A DNA stretch of 64,000 nt from NCBI GenBank assembly GCA_012295275.1, contig CM022670.1, forward strand, positions 16,802,001 to 16,866,000, in the 5' to 3' direction. Positions within the stretch are counted from its first letter, which is position 1. The number at the start of each line of letters is the position of its first letter. The position numbers were made by a program, and so were the translations under genes. Shown piece after piece: positions 55,070-64,000 of this stretch. The DNA comes from Chrysomallon squamiferum. Taxonomy: Eukaryota > Animalia > Mollusca. The notes beneath the pieces are model-generated. The model did no database searches, was not told the origin of the DNA, and saw nothing but the letters and a program-made list of their open reading frames with translations.

Positions 55070-55828
55070 TTGCCAAAAAGGCTAGACTGAACAACTCTGC
55101 CGACGATTCCGGAAGTGCTTGCTCGTCACCGGAAATAAACACAAGAACAGATTCTCCTGCCGAACACGAACGATCGCGACAAAGAGGAAAGTCAAGGTCA
55201 CCTTCGCCTCCGAGCAGCATTTCACCGAAGACGTCGCCCGAACCCTCGGAAGACGCCAAAACCGTCGCCTCGCGGAATGACGTCACCGAGAGGCAACCAG
55301 ACGACCTGGTGGGTCTGTTCGCGGGGAGAGGACAAAACAAGCGGCCGCCTCTGGACATTCTGTCCAGAATATTTCCCCAGATGAAAAGAAACGTTCTCCA
55401 GCTGATTCTTCCAGAGCTGCGGAGGCGACACCGTTCAAGCAATAGAGCAAGTTCTCAGTAACCATGGCAACCAGCCGACGCCGACCATGCCGCTCGCGAC
55501 GCCAACGCCAAACATGTTCGCTCAGCCGTATCTCACTCCTTCTCTGACGTCATCGGCGTTCAAGTCGGCTTTCTCTCCCATCAGTACTCCACCCACTGCT
55601 CACTTGAATGCAATAAGATACACGTACGGCAACAGCGGGCGGAGTTTAGCGTTGACGATGCCCTATCCGCCACTCCTGCCAGGTCTTGCTCTCGGTTCCA
55701 CGTATGGCTACAGCGGACTTTCTGCTGGAAGTAAGGCTTTCCATTACGCAATGTGTCCATGCTGCACGGGGAAACCGTATACCTCTACTCAAACCAGTGA
55801 AAAAACAACGAGTTGTTTGACTGATTAG
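55070..55828 (+). CDS. DMRTA2: Dmrt4/5 coding exon 2 (Ser/Pro-rich linker, DMA domain, SAFSP-motif C-terminus), interrupted by an apparent 1-nt frameshift at ~55409-55412
   Basis: The first frame gives ...KRPPLDILSRIFPQMKRNVLQLIL up to 55410. The +1 frame from 55412 gives QSCGGDTVQAIEQVLSNH...SAFKSAFSPI...TTSCLTD* (TAG 55826-55828). Joined, these make a complete DMA domain (PLDIL.RIFP....VL.LIL.SC.GD.VQAIEQVL) plus the SAFSP motif typical of DMRTA proteins. Confidence 0.9.
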
Positions 55829-56593
55829 ATGATCACTAAATAACTTTGTGTATTTAACGTGGACGTTTCTGTTTGTTTTTTTTTTTTTTTTTTTAAAGTA
55901 GTTCACTTTGTTTTATATAATAGCTTACGACGCTATTTATTTTATGCAAATTATAAACGAATATTTAAAAATATATATATATTTGTTTTTCTTCATGTTT
56001 AAAAAAAGATAAAATCTGACATTAATATATATGGCCTTTATTAAAACAATGCTTCTAAGGATCGAGAATAGTGTATGACAAAACATGACACTGTCTTCTG
56101 ACTGGTAAATGAATTCTCTTTTTGAGAAGCAATATTAAAAGTTATTCATTCTGAATCGATACTTTTTTTTCTGATAGCAGTCGTAAGATTACTTTAGTTA
56201 AAATTTGTAACATTTTGTTCTTCGTTATCTGCTAACAGAAAAGACAAATTAAAAGTTTTTGAAAATGTATATTTCTCCTAAATTTTGTTTTAAATGAATT
56301 GATTTTCTCTTGTGAGAGGACTTTTTAAGAATAAGGTGGGATGTAAAGTTATTAACTCGAGTAGTTTGTGTGTCTCATCTTATACAACAAATACACAGAT
56401 ACCTAATTACTGTTGTTATTTCAAACAGTGTAGGAAAGTAGACGATTATTGATAAACACAAATAGCTGTAGATGATTCTGTGGCATTTAATAATTTTATC
56501 ATATGACGATTCTCTAAATGCTGTGTTGTGTTGAACCAGTGACGGCTGTCTCGAAAAACACAAAACTCAAAAAGAGTTTTAAACTATTTATTA

Positions 56594-56660
56594 TGTACAT
56601 ACTTTTAATTTTGAACTGACAAAATGTAATTAAAACATTAGTAAAAATACTCTAGTTTTG
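56594..56660 (+). terminator. Candidate 3' end-processing region of the Dmrt mRNA
   Basis: TGTA elements (56594, 56626), ATTAAA at ~56629-56634 and a downstream U-rich tract. Alternative AATAAA hexamers exist near 56949 and 56987. Confidence 0.35.
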
Positions 56661-57902
56661 TTATCTTTTTAAAATTATTTGCTACCTTTTTGGTTTACTA
56701 GATACTAATTACATGTATGATCATTGATTGACAATGAACTTCATGAATATATCTTTTTTATTTGGTTAAAATTTTGTCATTATTTTCAATTTTCACTGGC
56801 ATTATTATTTTCACATCTGACAATGTATGTCATTTTAAAATTTAAAAAGAAAAAGTTTAATATTGTTAATAATTCCAGTAGTTGTAAAAATTAAGTTAAA
56901 ATAAATATTGAAAATATAATTTTATATATTTATACATTTTATATATTAAATAAAGAAAAAAATGAAAAGTAATGTATCACCAACGTAATAAAAAAAAAAA
57001 AAAAAGAAAAAGAAAAAAGAAGAAAATTAGAAAAAGAACAATATATACGTTATTATATATTAACGCATTCTGAAATTAGAATGAACAATTTAAATAAATA
57101 ACCTGAACAATAATTTTCTTAAAATGTCTCCCAGTACCTCTTTTTTTCAAACATAAATAATTTATGACGAAACTGCAGGAAGCAAAGAACAAAAAAAAAA
57201 AAGAACAAAAAAAAGAACAAAAAGAGATTATAAACATCTTTTTTTATTATTATTCATTGCCGCTGAGACAAGGGATCAGCTCAGATTAAAACTGATGTTG
57301 TAAAGGATCGAATGCTGTCTTCTTGCATATTTCACATTCTGTATAACCACGAATGTAACAGATCTGTCTCCATCGCACGGTACAGCCATACCTGAAAACC
57401 GTTTTTTTTTTTTTCAATCTGCGTCAATCTTTATTTCTCAGTGACTGATAACGAAAGAAGCGGTAACAATTATGAACAGTTAATAATAATGACTATCCTT
57501 GAAAACCAATTTCACGGACGATATATACGTGTAGCAGCTTTTTCAGCATCTGCGCTGGAGTCAACAGATACCTCGTTTTATTGCGTCAGTAGCAGGATGC
57601 TGATTATGTTCGACCAGAATACGCTGAGGAACATTTTACTCATGACGTTGGTTCAGCGAGCCTTAACAAGTTGAAAGGTTTAATTACACACGGGCACAGA
57701 ATCTGAACAGAATGCAGTTGTTGATCTGTTTCCTGCTGATCAATCAGACTAGCTGCTGTCCCAGACACACAGGGCGGGCGTTGTTGACAGAAGAAACCTG
57801 AGACTGTTTAAATAAAGTAATACTTATCTACGTAAATACCTGCCTACCTAAATATATTAACAAACATACACACATACATACATACATACATACATACATA
57901 CA

Positions 57903-57935
<33 letters not shown>

Positions 57936-58093
57936 TCATAAACACACACATTAATAAATATATATATATACATATGAGTGTATGTCTGTGTTTGTGTGTG
58001 TGTGTACACATATATATATATCATACATACATAAATATATATGTATATACATACATACATTCATACATACATACATACATACATATATTACAT

Positions 58094-58171
58094 ACAATTA
58101 TGTATAAGCTTTTTGATCCGTTATAATTCTGACAATTATGTATAAGCTTTTTTGATCCGTTATAATTCTGA
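58094..58171. repeat. Tandem duplication of ~38 bp (ACAATTATGTATAAGCTTTTTTGATCCGTTATAATTCTG) x2
   Basis: Two adjacent copies differing only in T-run length. Confidence 0.9.
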
Positions 58172-58532
58172 GATTTTGTCTAAATCAGTATTTGATTTGA
58201 AATGACTTCATCTGAGATGAAACAAATTCTCTTTTCACAGTCACTTGGCAAATGCTCGAAATCGTTTGTTTTTATTTTATTTTTATTTTTATTTGTTTTT
58301 ATTTTATTTTATTTTTTTTATTTATTTTTTTTATTTATTATATTTATTTATTTTTTTATTCCATATTTCATTTTTTATATATATATTTTTTTATTTACTT
58401 ATTTCAACTTTTTTACTCTTTATTTTTTATTTATATTATTTTTATTTGCCTAATTTAACTTTTTCCATTTTCATTTTTTTAACAACTAAAATTAAAACTA
58501 AAAAGTTAAAATAAGTAACTAAAAGAAAATAA

Positions 58533-58564
<32 letters not shown>

Positions 58565-59310
58565 ATACATGACTCATTTATACATATTTTTATTTTGCAT
58601 TTTTTGAAAGTGTAGTTAGAAACCACAAAGTAATTACAAAACTATGGACGTAACGTGAATGCTGTTTGACTGATATCTACGTTGCATGGTCCTACTCCGT
58701 ATTTTATTACACATTAACATTTTTACCTGCATGCTGGCAATGAACTAAGAGACACATACCGTATCAAGTATCACAAACTGCAAAAAACTAACCACGGACG
58801 TTTCTTCCAAACAAAAGCGCAGAATAAGCGTAGACAGCTGTTGACATCTTGTTTGTCCCTGGATCAATGATTTCTTTCCATCCGCTAGTTTTCAAGTCAT
58901 CAAACTATGGAGAGTTGATGCCATTTTTGTTTGCTTGGCTAAGGGTTGTTAGCCCAGTTATGGAGTTACTTTTCAGCATATGTTCTCGTATAAGCATTGC
59001 CGTTAACGTCTCATTTGGTGTGATTACCTGCAGTTTTGTGCACGTTCACTTAAGCGGGAAATTCTCTAAAATATACATGAGAACACGCAAAACAGATACT
59101 TGCTACAAGATATATTACCAGACACAAATGAGTCATGAACATAACTGCGTCGCCAGAAGGTAGAAAAAAAAAAAAAGAGAAAAATAATGTCTACTATGAC
59201 GTTAAAAAAAAAAAAAAAAAAAAAAAAGAAATTCTTTTTGAAATAGTTTTTTGTTAAAAATGGTTCGTTTGTTAAAAATGGTTGCCGACTGTTTTGGCAG
59301 TTAAAATATG

Positions 59311-59411
<101 letters not shown>

Positions 59412-61081
59412 TATATACATATGCATACTCTCTCTCACATATATACATATACATACTCATGCAAAGAATGTTGGAAAAGAGAGCTAAATTATAACAAAAA
59501 AATCTTTATAATTTTTCAATTCATAACTTATTTGATGAACTGTAAGGCTATTTGTAACCAAAATATAAAAAATAAAAACCCCAAAACTATAATATATAAA
59601 TAAATAAATAAATAAATAAACAAATAATAACAACAATAATATTATCAATTACATTTTTATCAACACAAAACAAAGTTATTATGCAACGAAATAATCATTT
59701 ATTTTCAATTAAATAAATATATTTTTCAATAAACTGAAAATCATTCAGTAATCATTTACTAGAATAATATAACATAAGTAATGATTTAGTTACCAATTTA
59801 AAAAAAAAATTCTTAAGTTTATTTTCCATGTGAAAATTAATTTAACTATTACTGGTATTATAAATATTACTTATGAAAATTGATCGAGATGAACTGATGT
59901 AAATATTTTGTTTTAATTAATAATGATAATAAAAAAGAAAGTTGCTTCAAATAACCTCAGACTTTGTTGAACATATTTGTGATTCTGTTTTTAACTATAT
60001 TTATTGTTTTTTTATTTTTTATTTTTTTAATTCTGAACACTGGAGGAAGAACAGGATAAATAAGTAAAAATTACATATGATTCAGACAGAACTAAAATAA
60101 TAGAGAAATTTACGACAATGACAAAAATAAAATGAACACTGTAAATCTGTTTGATTCAAACTTTCACTGTGGTCCAATTACTAAAAAAAATTTCAAATTC
60201 TGTTTATTTTATTTTATTTTATTTTATTTTATTTTATTTTTGTTTCATTTTTTATTTTATTTATATTTTATTTTTTTATTTTATTTTATTAATATTTTTA
60301 TTCATTTTATTTCATTTTATTTATTTATTTATTTATTCATTCATTTTTATTGAACTCCTTGTTTGTGTGTAAGAAATACAATACTTTCGTCTTTGACTCT
60401 GTTTACAGATATGACCAATGAAATATATGATTTAGTCATTAAAAAACATATGTTTGACACTGATAAATAATAATAAAATAATAATAAAGATTGACACAAA
60501 AACCAGTATCTCTCTCAAGTCAAATGAACGTAGTTTGAGTTTTCAGAGACATTCGTAACTTTGTTTAGAACTGCAGATATAAGAAATTAATACAGATAAG
60601 AACTGAGCTATAAAACTGCATATTCAGTTAGCTAACTAATTCACAATCATTGATCCATTGCTAGAGGCAGGCTGGTTAGAAGACTGGAGCAGTCCCATTA
60701 ATTGTAAAGGGGCGTACAGGAAATATCAATTAGACCATTCAAAGTTTTGGTCTGTTAAACGGAATATCTGTCTATCCTTTGGGAGGTACCAAAATTACAA
60801 TAACCGCGGAAATAGCATTAAATATAATCACAGAGAATGAAATATCATTTGTCGGCTATACAGATTGTAAGATAAAAATCTTTAAACTGGTCTAGCTTAG
60901 AATAAATATTTTTATTTAACATTGTTCTTAACGGTTTGAAACGGGTAAGGTAAAGTTCGTTATTTTATATCAGTATTTAAAAACCAAATAGTTTCGTGAC
61001 AAAGGATATTACTCTTAAAGTGTACAAACCGGCTTCGAGAAACTTAATATTTAATTTGATTTGATTTGATTTATTTATTTA

Positions 61082-61154
<73 letters not shown>

Positions 61155-64000
61155 TTGTTTTTGTTTATTGTTGTTATTATTTTTGTTTTAGTTTGACTTT
61201 ATTTCAGCTATTCTGTATAATCGTATTTTTTCTTAAATATATCGTTTTTATCCTGTGAGAAATAATGGATTTATAACGATCGACGATAACTTTCACAGCT
61301 AACTTTTTTATCATTTATTTATTTTATTTTATTTTACTTTATTTTATTTTATTTTATTTTGTTTTATTTTATTTTGTTTTGTTTTATTTTATTTTATTTT
61401 ATTTATTTATTTTATCTAATTTTTATTTGTTTGTTTGTTTGTTTAATTATTTTAGTATCTGTTTACATTAAAACACGTTTCATTCAAAGACTGTAGGAGT
61501 TTGTATAAAAGAAGTCTTTCAAAAAACAAGAAATTCGCTAACAGAGAAGTCGGAGAACCTAGAAACACGTGTACACCATCGACAGCCAGTCAAACTACAA
61601 AATTCCAGAAATATTCTAAGAAATAATTAAAAAACCCATATGTTTACACCCACCCACCCACGCACATACATATATATATTTGTTTGTATGTATACATATG
61701 TTATGCATTGATTTGCATAAGAATCGATAGGTTTATAATGCCATACATCGTTCAATTTTCTTGGAAACATCTTGTTAAATCATTCATGTTTATCTGCATT
61801 AGTGAACTGCAGAATCGTTACCTTCATAGAAAAACACGAATACACTTGTTTCATTCGTTATGTAGCTGACATTGCTTTTTTAACAGATGTATAATATTTA
61901 TTAAAATCAATGATCTCTGATGTTTTGAGGGTAGGCATTTCAGTTCGATTCGACCTTCTTGTCCCACCGTTCCTATGACGGTGTCCCTTCTTTTCTGAAG
62001 AAACATGAACTGTACATTTAGATTCGCTTTCAATCGTTCTATAACAAACAAAATAAAAATGTTTACAATGTTTTTTTTTTGTTTTTCAGAAGTTTAAAAA
62101 AATATATATAATTTTTTTTAATATTACACAAAACTGCTTGAATCTGTAACTGGAATACACTGACATAATCATCTTAATTACGTATTTGCTGCATATGTTA
62201 ACCTGTTGTTTAATTAGATATTTGTCGTATACGTTTTTGTTTTCATCACCCTGACGTTCTGCTGACACTCGATTAACGCACTCGTCAGACTGACAAAGCG
62301 ACTGGAAGAGGCGAAACGTCGCTGGGTTTTGTTCGACTTACGACCGTGTCACGCGCGGTCGTGCCCGGCTGTTTGCGGGGTAGATCCGATAATCATATAC
62401 TGTTGCGGATAGACGCGACTTGTTGACTGAAAAACACACAGTCTTTATTAGATGGGCCAAAGTTACTACACCGACAGCGCCACCAGAACGTCTTAAATAT
62501 TTGCTTATTTCATTCAGTCTCCAAGCTGGTGGCATACGAGAGGCATTAGTTTTTCCATTGAGTGATCATTAACGAGTCACAGACATGCAGAACCAGAGGT
62601 CACGGAGGCAGCTTTTTACATGAATCTTGAAAGAAATTGCTCTTTTTCTACGAGGCGGTGTTAATACAACGCGACAGACGTAAAGGAATTCGAAACAAAG
62701 TCAGGTTTGCGAGAGATGCACAGCCGATAACCCGTGTTACGAAATCATTTTCACCTTTCAACTGTAGCTGTTCACAACCTTTGGAAGTGTTTAGACAGAT
62801 TAATAACAATGACAAAGCGTTTTTTTTAACGTTTACGTTGAATATTTAATGTATTCAGACATGTCTAGGAATGTTTGTTGAATGAAAAAAAAAAAAAAAA
62901 AAAAAAACTACAGAAAATACCTAAACAAAACAAAACACAAATCTTAAATAATGAAAAACGCTTATTATTTACAATTTTTTTTTAAAATCGGGATAATTTT
63001 ATGCAGGTCGCAAAGGTTTAAGCGATGCTGAGAAAATATGACACGTATACAATAAACAGTTTACATGATCAGACATGTGTCCTGAAACTGAGACATAAGT
63101 ACGTGTGTGTGTGTGAAAATGTTATACTCACTGAAATTTAATCACTTCTGTCAATATATTTCTATTAGAGAGACATTTTAGACCATTCTGTTTTCATGAT
63201 GTAGGATGGCACCTAACTCGACTGTATATCGTGCGTAATGCTATATGGAAGATATACATGTGTGCGTGTGTATAATATATATATTATGTGTGTGTGTGTG
63301 TGTGTTCGTAATATTTCAGGAACAGATGAAGAGGAGGACACGTACCCCCCATGAACAAATGTTACGGGTGTTCGCGTAATAATGTTAGAAATAATAAATT
63401 TAATAGTCAAATAAAATAATTCAATAAATTTCACACACAAGTCAAGATACCTCTAGTCACTTGGCCACTATTTCACGGGATTATTTTTTTTGGTTTGTGT
63501 GTTAGTGTGTTTGTGTATGTATATGTATATATTTACAATAACATATATGTTATATTGACTGTGTTTTGAAGGAGGTCACTTAATAAAGAAACTGTATGAC
63601 CACTCTGTCGGAAAAGTGGGGGGTACTGGATGTGAAATAATAATAATAAAAAAAAACAGATAGAGAAGGGCACTTTGTATATAATTAAACATGTTATAGG
63701 ACACTGTCGCTGTGTTGTGGGTGTGCTTTTGTCTTGTGTCACATGACTGTGAAAGGAATAAGAGATCTGCAAATACATTAGTTAATGAGCAAATGGCACA
63801 GGGAGTCTTTCTTGAGATCGATACGTGTTGTGTAAACAGTCGGCGGCGCCAGTCTTTCCGCGGCCTTCTATGCGAGCCATAATTCAATTGTCAGCGTGGT
63901 GAATCCAAGGGCTACCGAGTTTCACGTCCCCCGTGCTTTATCACTGCCAGCGCCGTTACCACGGGCACAACTGTGACTTTTATAAGTCGTCCTCCTTCAA

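Noticed and set aside
55393-55414. A 22-nt GT...AG micro-intron (GTTCTCCAGCTGATTCTTCCAG) that would restore the reading frame
   Set aside because: Too short for a typical metazoan spliceosomal intron, the donor is poor, and it would delete the conserved VLQLILQ helix of the DMA domain.
55405-55414. TTCTTCCAG as an alternative acceptor for the exon 1 donor
   Set aside because: With the phase-1 donor it reads G|AG CTG (ELRRRH...stop), the wrong frame, so it does not rescue the C-terminus.
55044-55465. Antisense ORFs over exon 2 (and 46531-47002 over exon 1)
   Set aside because: Shadow ORFs expected from GC-rich coding sequence; no recognisable product.
55487-55828. ORF 55487..55828 as an independent gene
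   Set aside because: Its frame extends upstream into the second half of the DMA domain, so it is the Dmrt C-terminus.

Overview
AT-rich, microsatellite-dense animal genomic DNA. It is probably a lophotrochozoan, most likely a mollusc, though that is inferred from repeat motifs only. The window contains one protein-coding gene, a two-exon Dmrt4/5 (DMRTA2/dmrt99B-type) DM-domain transcription factor on the + strand: coding exon 1 46576-47041, an 8,028-bp GT-AG phase-1 intron, and exon 2 55070-55828. As assembled, exon 2 carries a single-base (+1) frameshift at CTT-C-CAG (55408-55414) in the middle of the DMA domain. Read literally, the gene gives a ~285-aa protein with an intact DM domain and a truncated DMA domain. 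Removing one base restores a canonical ~407-aa protein. The ~46 kb upstream, the intron and the 3' flank contain no other gene. They are punctuated by about 15 short CpG-rich, non-coding islands (candidate enhancers, many with YY1/Pho-like ATGGCG motifs), several minisatellites, a MITE-like element with a degenerate target-site duplication, and motifs suggestive of Helentron/HINE remnants. Nearly all other ORFs in the track are translations of simple repeats.
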